Assembly: GCF_006345805.1 (NCBI RefSeq)
Contig: NC_043014.1
Span: 7,750,001-7,814,000 of the forward strand
DNA: 64,000 nucleotides
Source of the DNA: Octopus sinensis
Lineage: Eukaryota
Direction of reading: 5' to 3'
Below, piece after piece: positions 12,225-24,359 of the stretch. Each line of letters opens with the position of its first letter. Position 1 is the stretch's first letter. Made by a program: the position numbers and the translations under genes. Below the pieces are notes generated by a model that worked only from the letters and a program-made list of their open reading frames with translations, was not told the origin of the DNA and made no database searches.

Positions 12225-12744
12225 AAGGACACAGGAAATGTGTCAAGGCCGACAGGAAGCGTTGATGCTTCCTAGGGCTAAATAGCAGTGGTGTAATTCC
12301 CTCTATGGGACTGTCATGTTAAGCTGACAGTATACGACTTCTCCTTTTTTCCCAGTTTTTCAGTATTTCTTCATTGATCCAGATATTTTGCAAAACTTTT
12401 TGCAAAATAATTGGTTAATGTTTTGACCTCTGCTTTAAGCATTTCAGCACAAACTCCATGTAACCCTGATGATTTTCCATTTTTTAATTTATGGATAACT
12501 TTTACGACTCCGTTGACTGTGAACTCTCCAGCGTTGAATTCCAAGTCCTTATCTGCTTCTTTCATTTTGGTAGAAATGATGGGCTCTGGGCGATTAAGGA
12601 TAGTTTGGAAGTGGTTCTTCCATTGCTCTAGTTTGGCTTTTTCATCAGTTATTTTGATTCTATCTGCATCTTGTACAGGTACCTTCCTTGGTACCTTCAT
12701 GGTACCTTCCTTGGGCTCCACTAAGCAGTCTTTTCATTACTATC

Positions 12745-12966
12745 TCTTAACTCTTACTCTCTTTTACTTGTTTCAGTCATTTGACTGCAGCCATGCTGGA
12801 GCACTGCCTTTAGTCGAGCAAATCGACCCCAGGACTTATTCTTTGTAAGCCTAGTACTCATTATATCGGTCTCTTTTGCCGAACCGCTAAGTTACGGGGA
12901 CGTAAACACACCACCATCGGTCATCAAGCGATGTTGGGAGGGACAAACACAGACACACAAACATAT

Positions 12967-13007
<41 letters not shown>

Positions 13008-13172
13008 TACGACGGGCTTCCTTCAGTTTCCGTCTACCAAATCCACTCACAAGGCTTCGGTCGGCCCAAGGCTATAGTAGAAGACACTTGCCCAAGGTGC
13101 CACGCAGTGGGAATGAACCTGAACCATGTGGTTGGGAAGCAAGCTACTTACCACACAGCCACTCCTGCGCCT
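12745..13172 (-). mobile_element. SINE family 1
   Basis: Full head to tail, inserted in the RTE remnant. Confidence 0.88.
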
Positions 13173-13504
13173 GTGTGTACAGTGATCTTAAATCTTTATT
13201 TGGCAGCTAATCCAGCCTCTTCAGCCAATTGCTTTGTGTATCTACATTTGTCATTCTGTACAGATTTCTTTACTGCCTTTATCCTCATTCATATATTGCC
13301 TCAAATACTTTTCTATAGGTTTGGCTGAGGTGTGTATAAGCATTATCATGGCTATGTGGCTAAGATGCTCGCTTCCCAGCCATTTGATCTCAGGTTCAGT
13401 CCCAGTACACAGTACTTTGAACATCTTCCACCACAGTTCCAGACTGACCAAAGCCAAGTGAGTGAATTTGGTAGATGTATATCGTATCTATCTACATATA
13501 TATA

Positions 13505-13870
13505 TATATGATGATGGCCGTCCACTCGTGACCGAGGAAGACCATTGCCGACCTTCAGGAACATTGTGTGCTCTAGGACTAACTTAAATTTTGCATTTGC
13601 AGCTCCGTTGATGGCTAATGAGCCCTGCTCTTGACAAGCATACACGACTGCAAACATTGCAGACCAAGCTTTCCCCATTCACTATACGAGCAGTGCAGCT
13701 CGCTTAAGTTCTTCATGCAGGATACGTGCTCTCTCAAAAGTGTCGATCCCCTCCTTAACCTGCTCCCTCCATCTGAGGGAAAGGCAAAGGCCAATACAGC
13801 TTGGCTCCAGTGAACTGGAGCAACACAAAATAAAGTGTCTTGCTCAAGAACACAACACACAGCCTGGTCT
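13505..13870 (-). mobile_element. SINE family 4, degenerate
   Basis: Shares GGGAAAGGCAAAGG..TACAGCTTGG and GAACTGGAGCAAC..AAATAAAGTGTCTTGCTCAAGAAC with 2445-2757. Confidence 0.7.
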
Positions 13871-13980
13871 GAGAATCAAATTAATTACCTCATAATTTGG
13901 AATATTAATTTGATTAATATCAATTTAAAACCAGTGGTCTAGCATATTGAAAAATCTGAAGATTCAGAAAAATTATATTA

Positions 13981-14211
13981 CATCCATATAAGGGGGATGA
14001 CCACTAAGTGGGCATCCATTATGCTAGAAGCAGACCCCTATGGTCTTACCACTAAGAAAGGATTGTTCTCAAGAAAATTTAGCAAACACCAGAACACACA
14101 GGCATTTACTAAATTTTTTTGAGAACAATCCTTTCTTAGTGGTAAGACCATGGGGGGTCTACTTCTAGCATAATGGATGCCCACTTAGTGGTCATTCCTC
14201 TTATATGTATG
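13981..14211. mobile_element. Fold-back MITE-like hairpin
   Basis: ~105-bp near-perfect inverted arms, ~20-nt loop, TA flanks. Confidence 0.8.
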
Positions 14212-14214
14212 TAC

Positions 14215-14261
<47 letters not shown>

Positions 14262-14262
14262 T

Positions 14263-14310
<48 letters not shown>

Positions 14311-14606
14311 GTTTATACACACACACACTCGTGTGTGTGATAGGCTTCTTTCAGTTTCCATTGACCAAATCCACTTACAAAGCTTTAGTCAGTTTGTGGC
14401 TATAGTAGAAGACACTGAACCCTGAAGCATGTAACTGGGATGCAAACTTCTTAATCGGTCATGCATATGCCTACAGACATCTTACAAAAAGAGGCTACCA
14501 GCCTTGAAGGGGAGTGATTATAGCACAAATTATTAAGTTGCAAACATACTGATCTCATATCTAAAGGAACTTTACTGTTAATTATAGGGGGCTCTACTAT
14601 TATTAA

Positions 14607-15575
14607 CCCTTTAGCATTTAAACCAGCCAAAAATATTCAACCTGTTTTATGTTCAAACTGGCCAGATCTCACATCTCACACCGACCCTACCAATATCATT
14701 CAAATATTATTCAAGTGCATCATCAAAATTTCAAAGCCACAAGATAATCTATATATATAAAGCTGAAGTTGTCTGTGTGTATGGCAGGTTTGGTAGCCTT
14801 CAACTAACACTATCTTCTCCGAGACCCTGCAGCGCAAGTTGACCAAAATTGAGAGTATGATAGAAGGCTTGCTCTTCATTCCATAAGAAGAAAAAATTCA
14901 AATCGGACCATGTTAAGACTAAAAATTATTTACATCAAAAAGGTGCTATTTTTCTATGAAAATCCCTATTTTTTACGATTTTTCGGTGTATTTCAACCAG
15001 AAAAATCTTCATTTAAAGAGAATAACAAACTACATAATGCAAAATTTTTACTTTTCAAAACTTCCAATTCTAAAGGGTCAAAACAAACCTGAGCAACGCC
15101 GGGCGATACTGCTAGTCTATATATATAAAAGCTGAAGTTGTCTGTGTATAGCAGGTTTAGTAGCCTTCAACTAACACTATCTCCTCCGAGACCCTGCGGC
15201 GCAAGGTTGACCAAAATTAAGAGTATGGTAGAAGGCTTGCTCTTCATTCCGTAGAAGAAAAATTCAAATCAGACCATGTTAACACCAAAAATGATTTACA
15301 TCAAAAAGGTGCTTTTTTTTCTATGAAAATCCATATTTTTTACAATTTTTTGACTGCTGTGTTGCCATTTTTCGGTGTATTTCAACCAGAAAAATGTTCA
15401 CTTAAAGAGACTAACCAGCTACATAATGCAAAATTTTTACTTTTCAAAAATTCCAATTCTAAAGGGTTGAAACAAACCCAAGCAACGTCGGGCGATACTG
15501 CTAGTACATGATAAATTCAAAACTATGTGAATATATAAGCATTATATTTGACAGAGTAAGCTGAATGCTAACAAG
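14607..15575. mobile_element. piggyBac-type MITE hosting two Helitron-like copies
   Basis: TTAA-CCCTTTAGCATT left end and degenerate AATGCTAACAAG-TTAA right end. Confidence 0.65.
14748..15504 (+). mobile_element. Head-to-tail dimer of a non-autonomous Helitron-like element (14748-15115, 15116-15504)
   Basis: Each copy has 5' TC, a 3' GC-rich hairpin (CC.GAGCAACG.CGGG) and CTAG. Inserted between A and T with no TSD. Confidence 0.85.
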
Positions 15576-15884
15576 TTAAAGGCATTTTCGTTTTTCAAGA
15601 AGTGTATGCTGGGAGGCTCCATCCTTATGGAGTTGAAATTAACCACAAAAGGTACAAAACATTAATTTTACAGTATTCAATCTGCCTTGCTTCCATGATA
15701 CAAAATCGATATTTTAAACTGAACTAAAAGCTTTCCATCAAAATTCCATACTATGTTTCGTACACCACCTTAATAATGACAAAATTCTTTTACTAAACCC
15801 TTTTTTTATTTTAGAAATTAAGCCAGTAAATTTCACTGGGAATATAGTAAAAAAAGGGTCATAGGATGTACTCCCCAATGTTAC

Positions 15885-15977
15885 CAATTTATAGTTAAGT
15901 TGATTGAACCACTGAGAGCAATAGGTAATGTCATTCTGTTGATAAAACGCAAACTGCCAACAGTTTGGATAGTACAC
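15885..15977 (-). CDS. Candidate internal exon, product unknown
   Basis: Acceptor TTTCTTGCAATTTTCTACTAG and donor GTAACA bound 93 nt. Open as VYYPNCWQFAFYQQNDITYCSQWFNQLNYKL or CTIQTVGSLRFINRMTLPIALSGSINLTIN. Confidence 0.35.
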
Positions 15978-16114
15978 CTAGTAGAAAATTGCAAGAAATT
16001 CTCCGAGAAATAAACTAAAAAAAAAAATCTTTAAATGAACTTTTTACTTGAAGATTCTATCTAATCCAGAATTATTTCCCAATGATTATTTCAAATTCAT
16101 ATTTATATACTGAA

Positions 16115-16860
16115 TACCCAGATTGGCCCCCGTGCCGGTGGCACGTAAAAAGCACCATCCGACCGTGGCCGTTTGCCAGCCTCGCCTGGCCCCCGTGCCG
16201 GTAGCACGTAAAAAGCACCATCCGACCGTGGCCGTTGTCAGCCTCGCCTGGTCCCCGTGCCGGTGGCACGTAAAAAGCACCATCCGACCGTGGCCGTTGC
16301 CAGCCTCGCCCCGACTGGCCCCCGTGCTGGTAGCACGTAAAAAGCACCATCCGACAGTGGCCATTGCCAGCGCCGCCCCGACTGGCCTCTGTGCCGGTGG
16401 CAAGTAAAAAGCACCATCCGATCGTGGCCATTGCCAGCCTCGCCTGGCCCCTGTGCCGGTGGCACGTACAAAGCACCATCCGACCGTGGCCGTTTGCCAG
16501 CCCCATCTGGCACCAGTGCCGGTGGCTCGTAAAAAGCACCATCTGATCGTGGCCGTTGCCAGCCTCGCCTGGCCCCCGTGCCGGTGGCATGTACCAAGCA
16601 CCATCCGACCGTGGCCTCGTCTGGCACGTAAAAGGCACCATCCGATCGTGGCCGTTTGCCAGCCTCGTCTGGCACCTGTGCCGGTGGCACGTAAAAAGCA
16701 CCCACTACACTCACGGAGTGGTTGACATTAGGAAGGGCATCCAGTCATAGAAACATTGCCAGATCAGACTGGGCCTGGTGCAGCCTTCTGGCCTCCCAGA
16801 CTCCAGTTGAACCATCCAACCCATGCTAGCATGGAAAGCGGACGCTAAACGATGATGATG
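16115..16860 (+). mobile_element. RTE 3'-UTR fragment with the largest tandem array (~10 units)
   Basis: Repeats plus the conserved 3' end and GAT tail. Confidence 0.88.
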
Positions 16861-17037
16861 AATATAACCAGCTAAAGAGAATTTCAAGCACGCATCAACT
16901 GAATACATTTTGGTTCACTACAAAGAATGAAGAGGGATTCAGTCAGTGTACACTTGAAATTCATAAAACAAATTTCATTTAAACATTCATTTTCCACAAC
17001 GGCAGAAGTTGAATGGTTCTGCCTCAGAGGACATTGC

Positions 17038-17446
17038 GGATCTTTTCTGTTTGAACAGCAGTTTTTAAAAATAATTTCCACGTAACTAAACACTTTTAGA
17101 CTTTGTATACTGGTAGAATGTGTTTTTAAAACATCTTTTTCTCTTGGCTTTATTGAGAAAATTCTATAGTTTGTTGAGTTTTTTTTCTTCAATTTCTGCA
17201 ATTTCAACCAATCAATGACGTCTATTGAGGTAAAAAAAAAAACATTCTATGCCATATGAATATGTCCCTCGTTTAAGAAACAGATTGGGTTCATTTACAT
17301 TTGTGAAGAAAAAAAAGATACCCTTTCCCCCATCCCTAAACCTAAAGCAGATTGAAATGCAATAGATCGATACTAGGGTCATAATTATGGGTGACAATTT
17401 CATATGACACCGCTAGAAAAAACTGCCGTTCAAACCGAAAAGATCC
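17038..17446. mobile_element. ~410-bp TIR MITE (GGATCTTTTCGGTTTGAACGGCAG family)
   Basis: TIRs at both ends and flanking CATTGC duplicated. Same family as 22581, 37228 and 42637. Confidence 0.85.
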
Positions 17447-17724
17447 CATTGCTACATGTCTCGGTCTTTTTAAAATTATCTAGAAGTTTAACTGACTGCA
17501 CAACCTCCTTGCATACAAAACTGATATGGTATATTTAACTACCACCACACTACATAGTGGACATAGTGGAGTGGACAGTATAGTCCTAAATCCATAGTGG
17601 AGTATGTTGTATTTTGATGGCAAAACCTACAGGTTGTTCCTCAGAGCTCAATTTGCTACTGATGGTTATTAAGTTATGAACTTCGAAAATATTTGTTACA
17701 CTTTACACTTTTTAATAGCAACAT

Positions 17725-18153
17725 GCCTGAAAACGACTCTTATTTCTTTACTGCCCACAAGGGGCTACACACAGAGGGGACAAACAAGGACAAACGCTTC
17801 AAGTTGATTATATCAACCCCAGTGCGTAACTGGTACTTATTTAATCGACCCCAAAAGGATGAAAGGCAAAGTCGACCTCGGCGGAATTTGAACTCAGAAC
17901 GTAGCGGCAGACGAAATACCTATTTCTTTACTACCCACAAGGGGTTAAACACAGAGGGAACAAACAAGGACAGACAAACGGATTAAGTCGATTATATCGG
18001 CCCCAGTGCGTAACTGGTACTTATTTAATCGACCCCGAAAGGATGAAAGGCAAAGTCGACCTCAGCGGAATTTGAACTCGGAACATAGCGGCAGACGAAA
18101 AACCACTAAGAATTTCGCCCGTCATGCTAACGTTTCTGCCAGCTCGCCACCTT
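17725..18153 (-). mobile_element. SINE family 2 dimer
   Basis: Two tandem copies of the GCCTTTCATCCTTTCGGGGTCGAT core body; only one head. Confidence 0.85.
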
Positions 18154-18886
18154 AAAGGGACTCTTGTCCCGATACAAACTTTCTGATTTAAAGTCATCAT
18201 CACCATCATTTTGTAGTGCCTATCTTCCATGTTGCAATGGGTTGGACAATTTGATAGCATCTGGTGAGTCTTAACTGCCTCATGCTCTGATGCCTGTTTT
18301 GGTAAGATGCGTACCTAGAGTACATGCCCTTCAAAACACCAACCAATTTACAGAGAGTACAGAGTGCTTCTTTTATGACAATCTTGCAAGATTAAGGTGC
18401 CTTTCAACAAATTGGAGACAGAGAAAAGAGGGAGGCAGCTTTATGCTAGATTAGAGGTTAAACTTTAAGAGAAGTGGCCACAAGCAAACAAGTTTAGAGG
18501 AGCTACATGGTTACCCACACATGTTAAAGGGTTGTCCATCAAAACCTCATGTTAATTTATGCTCCAAACAGTATAAATAATTACCGATTCTTTATTAGTT
18601 TCAAAGTTAATTGAATCAATGGCAGTGTATTTCAACAGAAATATGATAACAAATGAGTTAATTTAATGAATTTTGCAGATATTTGGTCCAAGGTGCTAAA
18701 ATCATGTCCTTAGTACTGAATTAGATCCAGGTTAACTCCCACAATAATCCATTACTTTTCTCAGTTGAACACAACTGAAATATAATTCCATACATGAGGT
18801 GTTACCTTGTTACTGTTGTTGATAATTCCTTAGAATTTTGAATTATTCAGAAATTGTCGAAAAGCTTAAATAATCCATTATCTCTA

Positions 18887-19346
18887 TGTTGGTGTTTGTC
18901 GAAAGTCTGGCAAGCGCCAAACACTCGCAATCAGTAGAAAGCGCAAGTTTTATTTACACACGATTTGCTGACCAGACAAGGATAACCAGTGGGTGTTTGT
19001 TGACCAGGCTGCTGCCCAGTTACCAAGTACAAACTTGACCACACCGTAACAATCAGTACCTGTAAACAGTCGATTCGGTCAGCACGTGTATGGCTGATAA
19101 GCAAGTGTATGTAAACGCAACCACTGACAATCTGATTAGAGAGGAATACTTACTGACCACAGACGTACGGCCACCAGAATGCAGACAAACACGAGACGGT
19201 TGCAACTGACCGCAGTCAGGTGCGAGACTTGAGTGCAGCCTGACCAAAAACAAAAAAATGCAGCCAGCGGGTGCAAGCAAACTGCCATAAAAGAGAGAAA
19301 GAAAACAGGAATTGCAAGTAAAGTCTGACCTAGTAAAGTGTCAACA
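18887..19346 (-). mobile_element. Putative solo LTR
   Basis: TGTTG...CAACA termini, minus-strand AATAAA near the left end, GC-richer than the flanks. No TSD found. Confidence 0.45.
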
Positions 19347-19599
19347 TTTTGATTTCCACAACTTGATATCTTCACCGCAATCATGATCGACTATTTATGA
19401 ATTTGACCTTATTTCAACACTACCTGACCAAATACACACACACACACACACACACAGAGACACACACACACAACGGGTGCCCTCACCCGATCTATAGAAA
19501 GGTAATTTATGAAATATGCATTTCATGTTACTTATAATGTACACTACACACATTATATACACGAGTGTGAGCAATTTAGTGATACACATTACACATTCA

Positions 19600-19746
19600 T
19601 ATATATATATATAGACACACATACACAGATACAAATATGTATACAAAGATATATATATATATAGACACACATACACAGATACAAATGTATACAAAGATAT
19701 ATATATATATATAGACACACATACACAGATACAAATATGTATACAA

Positions 19747-19807
<61 letters not shown>

Positions 19808-19935
19808 ATATATATAGACACACATACACAGATACAAATATGTATACAAAGATATATATATATATATATAATATATATATAGAGAGAGAGAGAGAGAGAC
19901 ACACATACACAGATACAAATATGCATACAAAGATA
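19600..19935. repeat. Compound TA/CA minisatellite
   Basis: About 5 copies of AGACACACATACACAGATACAAATATGTATACAAAGA separated by (TA)n. Confidence 0.9.
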
Positions 19936-20137
19936 TATATATGTGTGTGTATGTATGTGTATATATATATATTATGAATTACTTTTAAGACGTGTAAACT
20001 TCAAAAACTACATATCATATCACCTAGACAGGTAAAACACGGTAAGGTAATTATTGCAATACCATTTTATAAACGTGAAAAAAAAAACGAAAAAAAACTC
20101 ACCTGCATTTGTTAGATCTGTAATATTTTATACATAC

Positions 20138-20180
<43 letters not shown>

Positions 20181-20300
20181 AGAAAATGAAAAAATACAAG
20201 AAAAGGTTCTTGGCTCTTCCTCTTTGTAATGAAAGGGATCAGGCCGTCTCGAAAACCCTGAACAGGTCACAATACGGATTTCCTCTGTGTGTGTGCGTGT

Positions 20301-20349
<49 letters not shown>

Positions 20350-20415
20350 CTTAAATGAGAATAAGATCGTGTAATTTAGTGGGGTTGGTGGTAAACAATA
20401 GGTGCTTCAACACAC

Positions 20416-20457
<42 letters not shown>

Positions 20458-20944
20458 TATATATATCATACAAATCAGGGGTAAATTGTTTTTAAATGTT
20501 AAATTGTACGCGCGGACGATCGGGGTTGTTGGTCCGGTGCTGGGTCGATGACTAGTAATATGTATGTAAATTTATATACACACACATATATATATATATA
20601 TATGAATATATATATATACGTGGAAGTGGTAAAATGAAGGTTTTGTTAATTTGAAAAGCTTAAGATCTAAAACGGTCTCACGTTATTACTGAGTGTGGTG
20701 GGCCTAGCAAGGTGGGGGTGGAAAAAAAGGGAAGGGACTCTCCCTTAGACTTGAAGTTAGCAACGAATCAAAATAGGTAAAAAAAAATTTTTTTTTTTTA
20801 AAAAGGGTGCAACCACCACCACCAAGTGCCGCCATAAGATTGACGAATACCACCACCGCCGCCGCCACCACCACGACCACCACCAGCACCAGCACTACAA
20901 CAACAACAACAATAATGCGAACAACAACGACGGTGGCAAGGGCG

Positions 20945-21045
20945 ACTTACAACGATAACAACCAGTTGTTTAGTGTCGTCATGCGCATGTGTCGTACGGG
21001 GTTATTATTTAAAGTGATTGCTGTCCGTACGTACATCCATACATC

Positions 21046-21076
<31 letters not shown>

Positions 21077-21200
21077 GTACGTGCATCCATACATTCATAC
21101 ATGCATGCGGGCGTACGTACAGGCAGGCAGGCAGACAGTAAAAAATATGGCAACCGGAAGTGACCTTAGGTCACGTGCTTCCGTGTCTATTACCTTGTGT
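20945..21200. promoter_or_regulatory. CpG-enriched, probably bidirectional promoter
   Basis: YY1-like AAAATATGGC (21141-21151), ETS ACCGGAAGTG (21153-21162), TGACCT-T-AGGTCA (21161-21173), E-box GTCACGTG (21170-21177) and NRF1-like CATGCGCATG (20980-20989). Minus-strand GTAAGT donor at 20945-20950. Confidence 0.6.
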
Positions 21201-21553
21201 CAATTGCAGTTCTTTCGTGTGTTTTATTTCTGCCATTGTGGTGGAGTTTTCTTTCAATGAATTTTTTTCTTCTTCTTCTTCTTCTTCTTCGAATCTCATC
21301 CGTCTTCGTAAAGTTTTGCTCGAACTGCGAGATGCTTCAGTAGTGTTCGTTGTAACGACGATCGCTGTAGCAGTAACAGATATTGTAGTAATTACTGGTG
21401 TTAGTGGTAGCAGTTGCAGATTATCATATATTTGTTTTTATTCGAGCTCATTCGAAATCTCTAATAACCATTTCCCAGCAAGACAGACATTTCGGCGATT
21501 CTACTACCTACTACTTTCTCTCTCCTTCCCCCTCTCTCTCTCTCTCCTTCCCC

Positions 21554-21598
<45 letters not shown>

Positions 21599-21614
21599 CT
21601 ACCTGCTCTACCAG

Positions 21615-21783
21615 ACTGCTAGGTGCATTAGAGGGGGTTATTTCCTTTACCTTATTCAAGGGCGCAGCATTACCTCCGCCAGCAACCCTTCTCAATTAAG
21701 AAGCCAACGCCCTGTTCACTCGTCTTCGGTGGTGGTTGACATGGCCTAGGTCAACCTGAATCGAGCAGATCTATTTTTGACAC
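21615..21783 (+). other. Candidate 5'-UTR exon
   Basis: A (CT)n polypyrimidine tract ends in CTACCAG and the donor is GTATGT at 21784. Stops in all frames. Confidence 0.4.
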
Positions 21784-21960
21784 GTATGTAACTATGGTGG
21801 TGGTAGAAGTAGTAACGGATGTGTGAGAAATATTTCTTACATTGACACAAATTGAAAGAGGGATGAAAGGTTATGCTAAACCATCAACATTAGAACATTT
21901 AATGCTACTTAATATTTTATCTCGGTTTTCCGAAATTTTCTACCTTCCCTACAACTTCAG

Positions 21961-22035
21961 GTGGCTGAAGAAATCTTGGTTTCGTTAGCTAAGCAGCTTG
22001 GTTGCTTAATCACGATGTCGTTTTATATTTTAGCG
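21961..22035 (+). CDS. Candidate exon (VAEEILVSLAKQLGCLITMSFYILA)
   Basis: Strong acceptor TTTTCTACCTTCCCTACAACTTCAG and donor GCG|GTAAAA; 75 nt open in frame 0. Confidence 0.35.
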
Positions 22036-22049
22036 GTAAAAAACTCTAA

Positions 22050-22268
22050 TACCTATTTCTTTACTACCCACAAGGGGCTAAACACAGAGAGGACAGGCAA
22101 ACGGATTAAGTCGATTATATCGACCCCAGTACGATATAATTTATCGACCCCGAAAGGATGAAAGGCAAAGTCGACCTCGGCGAAATTTGAACTCAGAACG
22201 TAGCGGTAGACGAAATTCCGCTAAGCATTTCGCCCGACGTGCTAACGTTTCTGACAGCTCGCCGCCTT
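22050..22268 (-). mobile_element. SINE family 2
   Basis: Head GGCGGCGAGCTG plus core. Confidence 0.85.
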
Positions 22269-22349
22269 AAACTCTCTTAATACCCTAAAGCTACATACGA
22301 CCCTGGAGCATCTTTCCGGCGCCTCAATGGTCTCCCTCTATTAATATAA

Positions 22350-23229
22350 TACCATTTGGTAAATTTTCAGATTAACACCCGCGTGATTTTCATCAAAAAA
22401 AAAAAAAAATGGGATTTTTTGCGTGGAATCAAGTACCCTGGCCTCCTAATATGTTGCAAATCCCATATTTTGGTTCGGAAAGGGGGGCGGGCGACGAGGG
22501 GAGCCCACCCCCGCCCCCGAATTTTCACTAAGGAAAAAAAATCGGACGTTTTGCGAGGAATCAAGTATGCTGCAAATCCCGGATCTTTTCGGTTTGAACG
22601 GCAGTTTTTTTAAATAATTTCCACGTAACTAAATACTTTTAAACTTCGTATACTGGTAGAATGTGTTTATAAAACATCTTTTTTCTCCTGGCTTTATTGA
22701 GAAAAGTCTATAGTTTGTAAGATATTTGTTGTTTTTTTCTTCAATTTCTGCAATTTCGACCAATCAATGACGTCTATTGAAGTGAAAACATTATGTGCTG
22801 TATGAATATGTCCCTCGTTTAAGAAACAGATTGGGTTTATTTACATTCGTGAAGAAAAAAAAGATACCCTTCCCCTCATCCCTAACCCTAACCCTAAAAC
22901 ATTGAAATACAATAGATCGATACTAGGGTCATAATTATGGGTGACAATTTCATATGACACCGCTAGAAAAAACTACCGTTCAAACCGAAAAGATCCCATA
23001 TCCCTTATTTTGGTTCGGAAAGGAGGCGGGATGCGAATTGGAATTTTTTTTTTTTTTTTTTTTTCATTGAATGATTTCCAGTGACATGCTAAGATTACCC
23101 ATCCTAATATGCTAGAAAACCCTTTTTGCGGTCCGAAAAATGGAGTGGGGTGAGGTGGAAGCCTCGGAAGTTTCACCTATTCCTAACATTTTGCAAAAAT
23201 AAAATTTCCAGAGTGTGAATTACATGGTT
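22350..23229. mobile_element. Non-autonomous element with internal ~100-130-bp repeats, hosting a MITE; inverted relative of 30320-30770
   Basis: Repeated GGAATCAAGTA..GCAAATCCC..TTGGTTCGGAAAGG blocks. The right end ..GTGAATTACATGGTT is the reverse complement of 30320. Confidence 0.6.
22581..22996. mobile_element. GGATCTTTTCGG-family MITE
   Basis: TIRs, near-TSD CAAATCCC/CATATCCC and internal CCCTAA repeats. Confidence 0.85.
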
Positions 23230-23231
23230 CG

Positions 23232-23279
<48 letters not shown>

Positions 23280-23314
23280 GTGTGTGTGTATATATGTGTG
23301 TGTGTGTGTGTGTG

Positions 23315-23605
23315 GAGGCGCAATGGCCTAGTGGCTAGGGCAGCGGACTCGCGGTTTCGATTCCCAGACCGGGCGTTGTGAGTGTTTATTGAGCGAAAAC
23401 ACCTAAAAGTTCCACGAAGCTCCGGTAAGGGGGGGTGGCGATCCCTGCTGAACTCTTTCGCTGCAACTTTCTCTCACTCTTTCTTCTGTTGGCCTGCTCG
23501 CTTAGCCAGCGGGGTGGCGTCATTTGAAGGCTAAAACAATGCGAAGCGCATTGTGACCAGCGATGTGTAGCAACATCTGGTCGGTCAGGGTGATCACAGT
23601 GAAAT
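23315..23605 (+). mobile_element. tRNA-derived SINE family 3
   Basis: Head GGAGGCGCAATGGCCTAGTGG and B box GTTTCGATTCC. Confidence 0.8.
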
Positions 23606-23617
23606 ATATATATATAT

Positions 23618-23799
23618 GCTCTTTTACTCTTTTACTTTTTTCAGTCATTTGACTGCGGCCATGCTGGAGCACCGCCTTTAATCGAGCAACTCGACCCCGG
23701 TCACTTTTGCCGAACCGCTAAGTAACGGGGACATAAACACACCAGCATCGGTTGTCAAGCAATGCTAGGGGGACAAACACAGACACGCAAACACACACA

Positions 23800-23837
<38 letters not shown>

Positions 23838-24002
23838 TACGACGGGCTTCTTTCAGTTTCCATCTACCAAATTCACTCACAAGGCTTTGGTCGGCCCGAG
23901 GCTATAGTAGAAGACACTTGCCCAAGATGCCACGCAGTGGGACTGAACCCGGAACCATGTAGTTGGTTAACAAGCTACTTACCACACAGCCACTCCTGCG
24001 CC

Positions 24003-24003
<1 letters not shown>
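23618..24003 (-). mobile_element. SINE family 1
   Basis: Family-1 sequence. Confidence 0.88.
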
Positions 24004-24033
<30 letters not shown>

Positions 24034-24359
24034 TATATATAATAGCTTGTATATAGACAGGTAAAAATTCAGACGAACTACTACTTACCTCTTGCTGTCA
24101 AAAGAAATGGATTAATTCTCAGCAAAACACACTTTTATGCTAGACCTGTCGAGCTTTGTACCAACGTTTTACGAAAAAACAAAAACAAAAGTTTTTCGCG
24201 CGCAAACTAATTTTTGTGTGTGGGAGAATGTTGTTTCCCTAGAGAAGCGATTTAAAATGAATATATCTTTGCGTGAGGGAGATAGGAAGAGAGAGAGAGA
24301 GAGAGAATAAAAGTTACATATCTACCGCTAAACTTTTACAAAATTAAATTATTTTTCAA

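Larger units (their letters stand above)
10060..13330 (-). pseudogene. RTE-clade LINE ORF2 remnant split by four younger insertions
   Basis: Colinear segments DKAVKKSVQNDK, WKNHFQTILNRPEP..KLKNGKSSG..AEMLKA, PKKADASDCNNWRGIILLS, FEKAF..LWKILRHYG and GVKQGCLLSPILF. Confidence 0.9.

Noticed and set aside
11300-16750. Long overlapping ORFs in GC-rich repeat arrays (e.g. 11300-12043, 16072-16701)
   Set aside because: They are stop-poor translations of the RTE 3'-UTR tandem repeat in several frames, not genes.
19395-19926. YI/CV/poly-L/poly-Y ORFs here and at 28.4, 41.5, 53.4, 61.2 and 63.0 kb
   Set aside because: Translations of TA, CA and TAC microsatellites.
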